A DNA stretch of 64,000 bases from assembly GCA_027593235.1 (NCBI GenBank), contig JAQCIU010000001.1, positions 27,038 to 91,037 on the forward strand. Direction: 5' to 3'. Shown here one piece after another: positions 1 to 8,889 of the stretch. Made by a program: the position numbers and the translations under genes. The DNA is from Chloroflexota bacterium. Lineage in GTDB: Bacteria > Chloroflexota > Dehalococcoidia > UBA2979. The first letter of the stretch is position 1. Each line of letters begins with the position of its first letter. The notes beneath the pieces were generated by a model that was not told the origin of the DNA, did no database searches, and saw nothing but the letters and a program-made list of their open reading frames with translations.

Positions 1-2
1 GC

Positions 3-968
3 GAGTACGACGCGCTGCCGGGGATCGGGCACGCGTGTGGACATAACCTCATCGCCACCTCGGGCGTCGCGACCGGCCTCGCGCTGGCCGAGGTGCTGGG
101 CGAAGGGGACGGGACGATCGTCGTCCTCGGCACGCCCGCCGAGGAGCGCGACGGTGGCAAGGCCGACATGATTCGCAACGGCGCCTTCGAGGGCATCGAC
201 GCGGCGCTGATGATGCACCCCGGCGGGCAGTCGGCGCAGATGCCGCCGGGGTCGGTGCGGGTGCGAGCGAAGCCGAACGCGCTGCACGCGCTGACGGTCC
301 GCTACACCGGCAAGAACGCCCACGCCGCCGGCCGCCCCTGGGACGGACTGAATGCCCTCGACGCGATGATCCACGCCTACAACGGCATCTCGCTGCTCCG
401 CCAGCAGATGCGGCCCAGCGCCCGCGTCCACGGCATCATCACCGAGGGCGGCCAAGCCCCCAACATCATCCCCGACCACACGGCGGCCTACTTCTACGTC
501 CGTGAAGACACCGTCACCCACCTCGAGACCCTGAAGCCGCGCGTCGTCGCCTGCTTCGAAGCCGCCGCGCTCGCCACCGGCACCGAGCTGGACCTCACCT
601 GGGAGGGCAACCCGTACACCGACATGCAAAACAGCACCCCGCTCGCGGACACCTACGAGAAGCACGCGATCGCCCTCGGAATGGACGCCGTCGAGCCGGA
701 GACGGCGGGTGCCGGGTCCACCGACATGGGGAACGTGACCTACGCGGTCCCCGGCCTGCACCCCTCGTACGCCGTCGAATCAAAGGCGGGCAACCACAAC
801 GCGGGGTTCACAGAAGCGGCCGGCAGCGAGGAGGGGCATGCGCGGATGCTCACCGCCTCGAAAGCGCTCGCCCTCACCGTGATCGATCTCTTTGCGCAGC
901 CGGAGTTGCTCGCCGAGGCGAAGCGGGAGTTCGACGCGCGAGCTGCCGCTGCGCGGGGCGAGGGGTAG
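3..968 (+). CDS. M20-family amidohydrolase/peptidase (AbgB or hippurate-hydrolase-like). The 5' end is truncated by the window edge.
   Basis: The frame is open from base 3 (EYDALPGIGHACGHNLIAT...). The product has M20D-like metal-ligand motifs and the ORF covers 93..968 in the same frame. Confidence 0.7.
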   Translation, partial: EYDALPGIGHACGHNLIATSGVATGLALAEVLGEGDGTIVVLGTPAEERDGGKADMIRNGAFEGIDAALMMHPGGQSAQMPPGSVRVRAKPNALHALTVRYTGKNAHAAGRPWDGLNALDAMIHAYNGISLLRQQMRPSARVHGIITEGGQAPNIIPDHTAAYFYVREDTVTHLETLKPRVVACFEAAALATGTELDLTWEGNPYTDMQNSTPLADTYEKHAIALGMDAVEPETAGAGSTDMGNVTYAVPGLHPSYAVESKAGNHNAGFTEAAGSEEGHARMLTASKALALTVIDLFAQPELLAEAKREFDARAAAARGEG

Positions 969-987
969 CGGCTGACTGATGGCGTTG

Positions 988-1635
988 CTACCGCTCGATG
1001 AAAGCGGGCACGTCCGGCTCTGGCCGTGGCACGACCGCGGCCGATTCGTAGCCGTAATGCCAGAGAAGGATGTCGGCGTCGGCCGTCTCGATGAGAGTGC
1101 ACGGTTCGATGGGAGTTCCGAGGTCTTTCAACACCGCGGCCAGTCGTGCTCCGAGAGCGACGGCGACTGCGTCACGGTCTGCGTCTCTCGGTTCTGGCCC
1201 TGGAGTCCAGATGGTGCAGGCGCGTGTGGCGACCAGCGGATCTGACTCCACGTCGATGCCCGCGGCGAGCAGCAGCTCGCGCCCACCGATTTCCGTGAGG
1301 TCATCGGTCGTCAGCGGCCCTGCATAATGAAGGACAACTGAATCATCGATCCCTGCTGACTCGATCACCGCCTTTCCATTGACGAGATCGCCGAATGCCG
1401 CCGCGACGCGCTCGTCGGCGAAGATCCCCCGTGGGCGAAGCTTCCAGAACAGGTCGCCGGGCCGCGACGTGCCGATCGGTGGTGTCGCTGCTGCCGAGGA
1501 AGTAGCTGTCGCCGGGGAGGTAGCCGTTGCCGAGGAGTTCGATGTTGCCGAGGAGGTCGCCACGTCGTCGCCGCCGTCGGTGCACGCGAGGAGGAGCCCA
1601 ACCGCCAAGCCAATCAGAACGAGGGAGCGGATCAC
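988..1635 (-). CDS. Lipoprotein with a Ser/Thr-rich linker (hypothetical).
   Basis: N-terminal signal peptide with lipobox LLAC, followed by an S/T/A-rich low-complexity linker and then a globular domain. Confidence 0.55.
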   Translation of the reverse strand: MIRSLVLIGLAVGLLLACTDGGDDVATSSATSNSSATATSPATATSSAAATPPIGTSRPGDLFWKLRPRGIFADERVAAAFGDLVNGKAVIESAGIDDSVVLHYAGPLTTDDLTEIGGRELLLAAGIDVESDPLVATRACTIWTPGPEPRDADRDAVAVALGARLAAVLKDLGTPIEPCTLIETADADILLWHYGYESAAVVPRPEPDVPAFIER

Positions 1636-1850
1636 GGGCCACCTCTGTTTTGGCGAATCGATTGAGTCGCGCCTAGCTTACCGGTGCCTCACCGCCGTGT
1701 ACCGAAAGGCGCTACACGGAGGCGACGTCAGCCGCCGTCGACCGGGAGGAAGACGCCGTGATGGGGCCGGCTTCGTGCCGGTGAGCGTTTTGCGGCCGAG
1801 GGGGAAGCTGGTGTGTCGGGAGGCGATGACTTTGTTGCTAGTGGCGCCGC

Positions 1851-2246
1851 CTACTCGATTCGCTGGATCGCGCTCACCACGTCGAAGCCGCGGTCGTAGC
1901 TCCAGATCGTCGTGCAGCGGAGTCGGTGCATCGCGGCGATGTGCAGGCAATCGCGCGAGGAGAGTTCGGGGTAGCGGCCCGACATGGCGCGAGCCTCGTC
2001 GACGTCCTCCTTCGTGATGTCGACGGTCTGGGAGACCATCGTCTCGAGGGCTTCGTAGGCCGCGCTCAGATGTTCGCGATCACCGAGCCCTCGGTAGCGA
2101 TGGAGGATCTCCTGGAAGGTCTCCGCGCTCGTGACGAGCTGTTCGCGGGCGGTGAGGAGCTGGGGCACCAGTTCGATCACTCGCTGCTTATTTGGGTGGT
2201 CCGCCCCAACGAGGTACATCGGGACGTTCGAGTCGACGTAGATCAT
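1851..2246 (-). CDS. vapC: PIN-domain ribonuclease toxin VapC.
   Basis: A 131-aa protein with PIN-domain acidic residues (MIYVDSNV...). It overlaps the upstream antitoxin gene by 4 nt. Confidence 0.8.
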   Translation of the reverse strand: MIYVDSNVPMYLVGADHPNKQRVIELVPQLLTAREQLVTSAETFQEILHRYRGLGDREHLSAAYEALETMVSQTVDITKEDVDEARAMSGRYPELSSRDCLHIAAMHRLRCTTIWSYDRGFDVVSAIQRIE

Positions 2247-2491
2247 TCCTGGGCGCGGCCGCGCTCGATCTCCTCGAGCATCTGCTCAATGTCGCCGGTG
2301 GGCCCTGAGAAGCGGGCGAAGCGGAGTACGGCGGCGATGCGCTCGGCCGGCTCGATCTCAGGCTCCTCGGCGACCGTGCGTCGCAGGCTATCGCGGACGA
2401 TCCGTGCGATCGGCTTGCCCTGGCGTTTGGCCGCGTCCTGGATGGCGCGGTACTCGTCGTCGGGAAGCACGACCTGAAGTCGTTTACTCAT
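2243..2491 (-). CDS. vapB: Ribbon-helix-helix antitoxin VapB (CopG family).
   Basis: An 82-aa protein, MSKRLQVVLPDDEYRAIQDAAKRQGKPIARIVRDSL, with an RHH fold signature. It shows the classic 4-nt overlap with vapC. Confidence 0.75.
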   Translation of the reverse strand: MSKRLQVVLPDDEYRAIQDAAKRQGKPIARIVRDSLRRTVAEEPEIEPAERIAAVLRFARFSGPTGDIEQMLEEIERGRAQE

Positions 2492-2574
2492 TCTTTGAGC
2501 ATGAAACGACTCACTTAAGGAGTCAAGTAGGGTTCCCTCGGCCGTTCCAGTGCTCCTGGGAGGCAGCGCGACGC

Positions 2575-3378
2575 CTAGTTCGGGGCGACGGCACGTCCGC
2601 CATCGACGGGGAGTGACACGCCGGTGATGAACTTGGCTTCGTCGCTGTGCAGGAACAACGAGGCGTAGGCGATGTCCCAGCCGCTGCCCATCTTCCGCCC
2701 CAGCGGCACGCTCGCATCTCTCGAGGCGATGACTTGCTCCCGAGGCGTGCCGGCCGCCACCCGCGCTTCGACGGCCATTGGCGTGTTCATCAGGCCGGGG
2801 AGGATGACGTTGGCGCGGATGCCGTATTCCGCGTTGTAGCCGGCGAGGTTCTCCGTCAGCGCGACCACCGCCGCCTTCGTCGTTTTGTAGCCGACATACG
2901 CGTACGCCGAGCGCACCGCCATCGAGGAGATGTTGACGATGGATCCGGAGCCCTGCTCCCGCATCGAGGGCAGCACGTGCTTGCAGGCGAGCCACATGCC
3001 TCGGAGGTTGACCTGGTAGAGGCGGTCGAAGGCCTCCACCTCGAGGTCGGTCGCGACGGCGTCGCCGAGGGCGAGGCTGGCGCCGACGTTGTTGTGCAGC
3101 AGATCGATGCGGTCGTAGGTCGAGAGGCATGCCTGGACGGCGGACCGCACGTCTTCCTCGGCGGTGACGTCGGCGGCGAAGGCGGTCGCCTCTCCACCTG
3201 CGGCGCGGATCGTCTCGGCGGTCGCTTCGGCCGCGAGCAGCTCGCGGTCGACAATGAGGACGCGCGCGCCCTCGCGAGCGAGTAGCTCCGCGGTCGCACG
3301 GCCGTTGCCGATCGTCTCGCCCGGCGTTTGCCCGCCACCGAAGATCAGCAGCACTTTGCCCTCGACTCGTCCGGCCAT
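2575..3378 (-). CDS. Short-chain dehydrogenase/reductase (SDR).
   Basis: GxxxGxG Rossmann motif at the N-terminus (VLLIFGGGQTPGE). The SDR catalytic region is YVGYKTTK. The start was chosen at the ATG encoding MAGRVEGK, and the longer upstream extension is low-complexity. Confidence 0.8.
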   Translation of the reverse strand: MAGRVEGKVLLIFGGGQTPGETIGNGRATAELLAREGARVLIVDRELLAAEATAETIRAAGGEATAFAADVTAEEDVRSAVQACLSTYDRIDLLHNNVGASLALGDAVATDLEVEAFDRLYQVNLRGMWLACKHVLPSMREQGSGSIVNISSMAVRSAYAYVGYKTTKAAVVALTENLAGYNAEYGIRANVILPGLMNTPMAVEARVAAGTPREQVIASRDASVPLGRKMGSGWDIAYASLFLHSDEAKFITGVSLPVDGGRAVAPN

Positions 3379-3547
3379 TGGTCGCTCCTCGGCTGTCACG
3401 CGTGCGGTGTGGGGTCGTCTGTGTGGGCGGATTCTAGGCGCGGGCGCCTCCCAAGGACGTGCGCGGTTCGGATCCCAACTCCGCGTGCGATTTCGGTTAG
3501 TATTCACGGACGTCATAGTTAGACATAAAGCGCGCGGGAGAACGCAG

Positions 3548-4261
3548 ATGGCAAAACGAACCGGTCGCTCGAGTCAGGCGGTCCCTGGTCGGTTGAGAGT
3601 CGCGCTCGACGTGAACTACGCCTTTGCCGCACGTATGGCTCAGGCCCAACTTCAGGTCGAGGCGTACATCATCACAATCGTCCTCGCCTTGGTCGCCGCA
3701 TTACTTGCGGTCGATGCTCCTTGGGCAGCGCTTGTCGCCCTGGGCTTGCTTGGGCTGATGCTCGTGGGCGTCGCCCTGTTCCTCGACATGGGCTACTGGA
3801 TGGAGGAGGCCGCCGCCAAACGGAGAATCAACGCTGTCATGACCGATCGGTCATTTCCTCCGGAGTCGAGGGGGGCGCCTGTTCGAGTGCTGCCGCGGTT
3901 CAGCAACTACGCGAGCACGACTCTCTCTCGTGGCAGGGCTCGCTTCTTCGCCGGCATGCGCATTCCGTTCTATGTGGCCCTCGTCGTGCTGCTGGTAGCG
4001 ACGGCCGGAATCCGTGTGTACGGCGCAGTCAGCGGCCCTGCTGCGTCCGATGGCTTGCTCGCCGATCGCCTCGAGTTGTACGCGTTCTCGCCTCACCCCC
4101 ATCGCGATTCAAACGGGATGGCCGAGGCGGTTCGGGCCGTCTGCGCCGAGAAGCTCGGCACCTCGGTGAGCGACGAGTTTGTCCTTGCCTGCGCCGCATT
4201 CAGCACGAACCGGCTGCCCTCGCATGCGCGCGCGGCGCGCTTGCATAACATGCTTCGATAG
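3548..4261 (+). CDS. Hypothetical integral membrane protein.
   Basis: The ATG at 3548 opens a protein with several hydrophobic helices. The upstream part of the 3164..4261 ORF overlaps the SDR gene antisense and was discarded. Confidence 0.5.
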   Translation: MAKRTGRSSQAVPGRLRVALDVNYAFAARMAQAQLQVEAYIITIVLALVAALLAVDAPWAALVALGLLGLMLVGVALFLDMGYWMEEAAAKRRINAVMTDRSFPPESRGAPVRVLPRFSNYASTTLSRGRARFFAGMRIPFYVALVVLLVATAGIRVYGAVSGPAASDGLLADRLELYAFSPHPHRDSNGMAEAVRAVCAEKLGTSVSDEFVLACAAFSTNRLPSHARAARLHNMLR

Positions 4262-4295
4262 GCCGAGCCGGTTGACGGTGACAGGGGAGAGCGCG

Positions 4296-4333
4296 TAATT
4301 TACCGATAGGTGTAATAAACCGATTGGTGAAAT
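4296..4333 (+). promoter_or_regulatory. Putative ArsR-family operator.
   Basis: Tandem near-palindromic half-sites ACCGATAGGT and ACCGATTGGT in an AT-rich stretch, ending 3 nt before the regulator's ATG. Confidence 0.35.
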
Positions 4334-4335
4334 AG

Positions 4336-4707
4336 ATGCCCACCGAAGCACCATCCCGCGACCCCCTCAGCGCCACCCTCGCCGCGCTCGCCGATCCCAC
4401 GAGGCGTGCGATCATCGCGCGCCTCGCCGAGGGCGAAGCCGCCGTGACCGAGCTGGCCGCGCCGTTCGCGATGACGCTACCCGCCGTCTCCAAGCACCTG
4501 AAGGTGCTGGAGCGCGCCCACCTCATCGAGCGCAGCCGCCACGCGCAGTGGCGGCCCTGCCGCCTCGCCCCGGCGCCGCTGAAAGAGGTGGCCACCTGGG
4601 TCGAGGAATACCGCCGCCTCTGGGAGGACAGCTTCGATCGCCTCGATGCCTACCTCGGGGAGTTGCAGGGGCAGCCCGCTGCCGATCGCTCGGCTACCAG
4701 TGAATAG
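4336..4707 (+). CDS. ArsR/SmtB-family HTH transcriptional regulator.
   Basis: A 123-aa protein with a winged-helix HTH (LADPTRRAIIARLAEGEAAVTELAAPF..LPAVSKHLKVL). Confidence 0.85.
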   Translation: MPTEAPSRDPLSATLAALADPTRRAIIARLAEGEAAVTELAAPFAMTLPAVSKHLKVLERAHLIERSRHAQWRPCRLAPAPLKEVATWVEEYRRLWEDSFDRLDAYLGELQGQPAADRSATSE

Positions 4708-4749
4708 CGACACGGAAGCATCGCCGATTCGGCGCGAAGGAGTACTGCG

Positions 4750-5241
4750 ATGACGACAGGCAATGACGCGCAGGTGACCGACGACGGGGTGCTGGTCGAA
4801 CGCGTCTTCGACGCGCCTCGGGAGCTGGTCTGGCAGGCGTGGACCAACCCCGAGCACTTCAAGCGCTGGTACGGCCCGAACGGCTTCACGCTGCCGGTCT
4901 GTGAGATCGATCTCCAGGTCGGCGGCCGCCACCTCTGGGGCATGCGCTCGCCAGACGGGATGGAGATGTTCAGCACCGGCGTCTACAGCGAGGTCGTGCC
5001 GAACGAGCGCTTCGTCTGCACCGATGCTTTTGCCGACAAGGATGGCAACCCCGTTTCGATGGGCGACGACCACCACCCGGTGGAGACGATCCTCACGCTG
5101 ACGCTCGAGGACCTCGGTGACGGCAAAACGAAGGCGACGCTGCGTCAGGCGGGCTGGACGGACCCCGGCATGGCGGCTGGCGCCGGCGGTGGCTGGAACC
5201 AGGCGTTCGACAAGCTCGAGGCGGTGCTCGCCGCGAACTAG
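4750..5241 (+). CDS. SRPBCC-superfamily protein (AHSA1/Aha1-like).
   Basis: A 163-aa protein (ERVFDAPRELVWQAWTNPEHFKRWYGP). It is the typical partner gene downstream of an ArsR-family regulator. Confidence 0.8.
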   Translation: MTTGNDAQVTDDGVLVERVFDAPRELVWQAWTNPEHFKRWYGPNGFTLPVCEIDLQVGGRHLWGMRSPDGMEMFSTGVYSEVVPNERFVCTDAFADKDGNPVSMGDDHHPVETILTLTLEDLGDGKTKATLRQAGWTDPGMAAGAGGGWNQAFDKLEAVLAAN

Positions 5242-5313
5242 CGACCACTCTCGGCGGGTCGGGACGTCCGAGGGCGCCTCGACTCGCCGCTTCGCTCGGT
5301 CCCCGCTGGGTCG

Positions 5314-6225
5314 CTAGCGGGCGTGGTCCGCGAGGGTGGCGCCCAGCATCGTTCGCGCCAGCGAGACCATCGCCGCGTTCGTGTCGATGTAGTACGGCAG
5401 CGCCACGATCGCCATCGAGAGCGCCCAGCCACGTCCGCGAGCCCAGGTCGCGTCGTCGACGTCCATCGCACGGCGGAACGTCTCGCGGCTCTCGCCGTCG
5501 AAAAGGTTCCACGCCGGGAGCAGGTCGACGGCGGGATCGCCGATCCCGAGGGCGCCCCAATCGATCACCGCGCTTAGCCTGCCGTCTTGAACGAGCAGGT
5601 TGGCGGGCTGCAGGTCGCCGTGGATCCAGACCGGCGCGCCCTCGTAGCTGGGCGCGGCGAGGTCGGCTTCCCAGGCGGCGGTCACCGCCTCGATGTCAAC
5701 GAGGCCCTCGGAGCGGGCGATCGCGTCGCGGGTGTGAGCGTCGCGCGTGGCGAGTGGAACGCCGCGCCCGTAGTTGTGTGCGCCGGGGACCGGGGCGCCG
5801 GTGGTGTCGATCGACTGCAGCGCGCGGAGGAACACGGCGAGGGAACGGGCCGCCTCGTCGAGGTCGGTGAGGCGATCGGGGAAGGCGAGATCGCCCTGGA
5901 GCCAGGGCATGACCGACCAGACGACCGGGTATCCGCTGTCGTTGGGGTCGCCAGGGGCGGGTTCGCCCTGGGCGAGCGGGACCGGCAACGCGAGCGGCAG
6001 CTGCGGCGCAAGCCGCGGAAGCCACTCGCGCTCCTTCTCGATCTGCGAGGCGCCGGCTTCGCGGAGCGGTAGCCGCACCGCCAGTTCGTCACCGAGCCGG
6101 TAGATCGCGTTGACCGTGCCGCCCGAGGCCACGCGTTCGATCGGCAGATCCGCCCACTGCGGGAACTGCGCCGCCAGCAGCTGCCGTACGAGGTCGGCGT
6201 CGGTCGCGATCTCGTCTGCGTGCAT
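5314..6225 (-). CDS. Aminoglycoside/antibiotic phosphotransferase (APH-family kinase).
   Basis: Kinase-like fold with a Brenner motif (VWIHGDLQPANLLV) and a DWG motif (VIDWGALGIGD). The start was set at the ATG encoding MHADEIA. The 528-aa ORF upstream of this is low-complexity and overlaps the GNAT gene in another frame. Confidence 0.8.
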   Translation of the reverse strand: MHADEIATDADLVRQLLAAQFPQWADLPIERVASGGTVNAIYRLGDELAVRLPLREAGASQIEKEREWLPRLAPQLPLALPVPLAQGEPAPGDPNDSGYPVVWSVMPWLQGDLAFPDRLTDLDEAARSLAVFLRALQSIDTTGAPVPGAHNYGRGVPLATRDAHTRDAIARSEGLVDIEAVTAAWEADLAAPSYEGAPVWIHGDLQPANLLVQDGRLSAVIDWGALGIGDPAVDLLPAWNLFDGESRETFRRAMDVDDATWARGRGWALSMAIVALPYYIDTNAAMVSLARTMLGATLADHAR

Positions 6226-6239
6226 CGGTCCGGCCAACG

Positions 6240-6821
6240 TTAGCCCTCGGCGATCGTGGGGGCGTACTGACGCAGCGGGTCGATCGAGTGCCACACGTAG
6301 CGCAGCACGGTCACCCCTCCGCCATCGGGCGTCACCATCTCCGTAGGACCCTCGTTGGTGGCGCCGATGTACTCGTAGAACGGCCGCGCGCGGGCATTGC
6401 CATCCAGCACCCAGAGAAAGAACCCCGCGTCCGGATACGCGCGTTCCGACCACAGCGCAGAGGCGGCGACAAGCTGCCGCCCAATCCCACGTCCTTCCGC
6501 CGCCCCCGATACGTGCAGGTTGTCCAGCAACGTTCCCCACTTCGGGTCGTCCGCCCCGAACGAGCACGCGAACCCCAGCAGCGACTCGTCGTCGTCGATG
6601 GCGAGCAATGTGTACATTCTCGCGCGCCGCTCCGCCCCGCCCGGGGGCTGCTGGCCTGCCGCCGCGTAGCGCTCCCGCCACACCTCGCGTCGATCGTCGT
6701 GCACCGGCCCATCGAGGTACGCGTCGCTGTACGCCCCCCGATAGGCGCGACGCCAGCTTTCCGCATGCAACGCCGCGATCACATCGGCATCCTCGGCGGT
6801 CGCTTCTCGAAAGCGCATCAA
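6240..6821 (-). CDS. GNAT-family N-acetyltransferase.
   Basis: A 193-aa protein with the acetyl-CoA-binding motif RGIGRQLV. Confidence 0.8.
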   Translation of the reverse strand: MMRFREATAEDADVIAALHAESWRRAYRGAYSDAYLDGPVHDDRREVWRERYAAAGQQPPGGAERRARMYTLLAIDDDESLLGFACSFGADDPKWGTLLDNLHVSGAAEGRGIGRQLVAASALWSERAYPDAGFFLWVLDGNARARPFYEYIGATNEGPTEMVTPDGGGVTVLRYVWHSIDPLRQYAPTIAEG

Positions 6822-6971
6822 CGGTCCTTGCTACTTCCCGATTGGTCGTTGGAATTGTGAGCGTCCATCCGAGACTAGCCGCCCCAGATTCGAGGGTCAT
6901 CAGACCCGCGGGCTAGCAACTCGACGAAGGAACACACCGAGGCCCGAAGGGTCATCAACCCCCGAAGGGGG

Positions 6972-8114
6972 CTAGTCCAGCGCGGCGATTACGCGGTTCA
7001 CCAGCTCGCTGCGGTCGCCCGCCCAGCGGGTGACGACTACGAGGTCGTGCTCGGGGTCGACGAAGACGATGTTCCCGCCGGCGCCCTGCGCCGCGAACGC
7101 CGAGGCGGGCGCGCCGCTGTAGAGCTGCTGTCCCGTGTTGAGCCACCAGAGGTACCCGTAGCGATCGCTCACCTCGGACGGGGTCAGCGACTCCTCGATC
7201 CAGGCCTCGGAGAGGAGGCGGCGGCCGTTCCACTCGCCTCGGTTCAGCATCAGCAGGCCAAAGCGCGCGTGGTCGAGCGCGCTGATGAACAGCCCGCCAC
7301 CCCAGTGCCCGCCGCCCGGTACCGAGGGCATCGAGACGCCCTCGACGTCGACCCAGGAGTTCTCGTAGGGGTGCCACGTCCACTCCGAGGACGCTCCGAT
7401 CGGGTCCATCACCTCGCGACGGAGCACCTCGGGAAGCGGCTCTTTCCAGATACGGAGCGCGCTGAGCGCGAGCCGGTTCACGCGGACGTCGTTGTATTCC
7501 CAGAAGGAACCGGGCGCCCGTAGTTCGCGCGTCGAGCCCTTCTCTGCCGCAAGTTGTTCGGATCCGCCTACGGCGGTGGCACTGTCCGCTTCGCCTGTCG
7601 AGACCGACGTCCCCTGCACGTCGCGGTGATAGTCCACGCTGTCCGGCCGGTCGAAGAGCGTGCCCTGCCACTCGCTCGTCATCTGGAGCATGTGCTTCCA
7701 GGTGATGCGCGCGTTGTGCTCCGAGTCGAACCCACCGTCGGCGATCCGCTCGCGCATCGGCTCGTCCATCGACCCGAGCATCCCGCGGTCGCGTGCCAGG
7801 CCCACCGTCACCGACAGGTAGCTTTTCGTCGCACTGAAGGTCATGTCGACGCGGCCGGGGTCGCCCCACTCAGCCACGAGGTAGCCATCGCGGATCACGA
7901 GGCCGGCGGCCGGACCTCGATCCTGCGCCGGCCCGAGGATTTCGTCGTAGGGCGGCGGGTCGTTGCGACCGACCATCCTCGAGACATCGATCGGCCAGTC
8001 GATCTCGCTCTCGACGGCGTAACGCACGGCAGCCTCGAGGCGGGCGGGGTCGAAGCCGGCTTCGACCGGATCTTGCCGCGCCCACTCACCGGCCGGGGGA
8101 AAGTACTTGCTCAT
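6972..8114 (-). CDS. Beta-lactamase-family serine hydrolase (class C beta-lactamase or esterase-like).
   Basis: A 380-aa protein with the SxxK active-site motif (FSATKSY) and the overall serine-hydrolase (transpeptidase) fold pattern. Confidence 0.75.
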   Translation of the reverse strand: MSKYFPPAGEWARQDPVEAGFDPARLEAAVRYAVESEIDWPIDVSRMVGRNDPPPYDEILGPAQDRGPAAGLVIRDGYLVAEWGDPGRVDMTFSATKSYLSVTVGLARDRGMLGSMDEPMRERIADGGFDSEHNARITWKHMLQMTSEWQGTLFDRPDSVDYHRDVQGTSVSTGEADSATAVGGSEQLAAEKGSTRELRAPGSFWEYNDVRVNRLALSALRIWKEPLPEVLRREVMDPIGASSEWTWHPYENSWVDVEGVSMPSVPGGGHWGGGLFISALDHARFGLLMLNRGEWNGRRLLSEAWIEESLTPSEVSDRYGYLWWLNTGQQLYSGAPASAFAAQGAGGNIVFVDPEHDLVVVTRWAGDRSELVNRVIAALD

Positions 8115-8161
8115 CGGCGGAGTCTAGCCGAGCGAGCGCCACCCCGAGGGCGCGCCGTCGC

Positions 8162-8608
8162 TCAGCTCGGATCGCGGTACTTGATGAACGGCGTGAGCCG
8201 CCCCACCCGGTCGTACAACTTCCGCGCCGTCTCGTTGAACTCTTGCGTGAGCCAGTAGGTCTGGCCAGCCCCTCGCTCGCGAGCGGCGCTGTAGACCGCC
8301 TCGATCAACGCGCGCCCCGCTCCACCCAGACGCACCTCGGGGCTCACGAACAGGTCTTGCAGGTAGCAGACCTCGCTCGTGCTCCATGTCGAACTGTGGA
8401 ACAGGTAGTGCACGATCCCGATCGGCACATCCGACTCGTCGACGGCGCAAAACCCGTTCGGATCGATGCCTTCAGTGAGCAGTCGCTGCCACGTCGCCTC
8501 GGTTACCTCCGCCGGCAATCGCGATTCATAGAAGGTCAGATAGCCTTGCCAGAGCGGCTCCCACGCAATCCGGTCATCCGCCCTCAGTGGCCGAATCGTC
8601 CAGCTCAT
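8162..8608 (-). CDS. GNAT-family N-acetyltransferase.
   Basis: The start was set at MSWTIRPLRADD. The upstream part of the 213-aa ORF is low-complexity. Confidence 0.7.
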   Translation of the reverse strand: MSWTIRPLRADDRIAWEPLWQGYLTFYESRLPAEVTEATWQRLLTEGIDPNGFCAVDESDVPIGIVHYLFHSSTWSTSEVCYLQDLFVSPEVRLGGAGRALIEAVYSAARERGAGQTYWLTQEFNETARKLYDRVGRLTPFIKYRDPS

Positions 8609-8889
8609 CTGCGTTCCCGCCCCTCCGCGCCCACACCAATCCGAGGAGTCTAGCGGCGGAGTGGCCGACCAGGCGGGGGCGTGGCGCGGTTGAGCACGAC
8701 GGTGCACCCGCGGCCGGCGAGGGCGAGCCGGGTCACTTCCCGGACCGCACGGAAACTGCCGATGCTGGCTGCAACCCCGATTCGTCGCCGCTATCGCCAT
8801 CACGCCCGTAGCGATCCGGCGCGCGTATCCCTAGGCTGCACGCGTCCCCAACCTGTAGGCGGACAAGCGGCATTCGAGGAGGCGGGACG

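Noticed and set aside
3164-3547. Upstream extension of the membrane-protein ORF (3164..4261).
   Set aside because: It overlaps the SDR gene on the opposite strand and is low-complexity. The ATG at 3548 follows the divergent intergenic region.
5314-6900. A 528-aa version of the phosphotransferase ORF.
   Set aside because: The N-terminal 224 codons are low-complexity and overlap the GNAT gene at 6240..6821, which has a real fold. The kinase domain starts at Met 6225.
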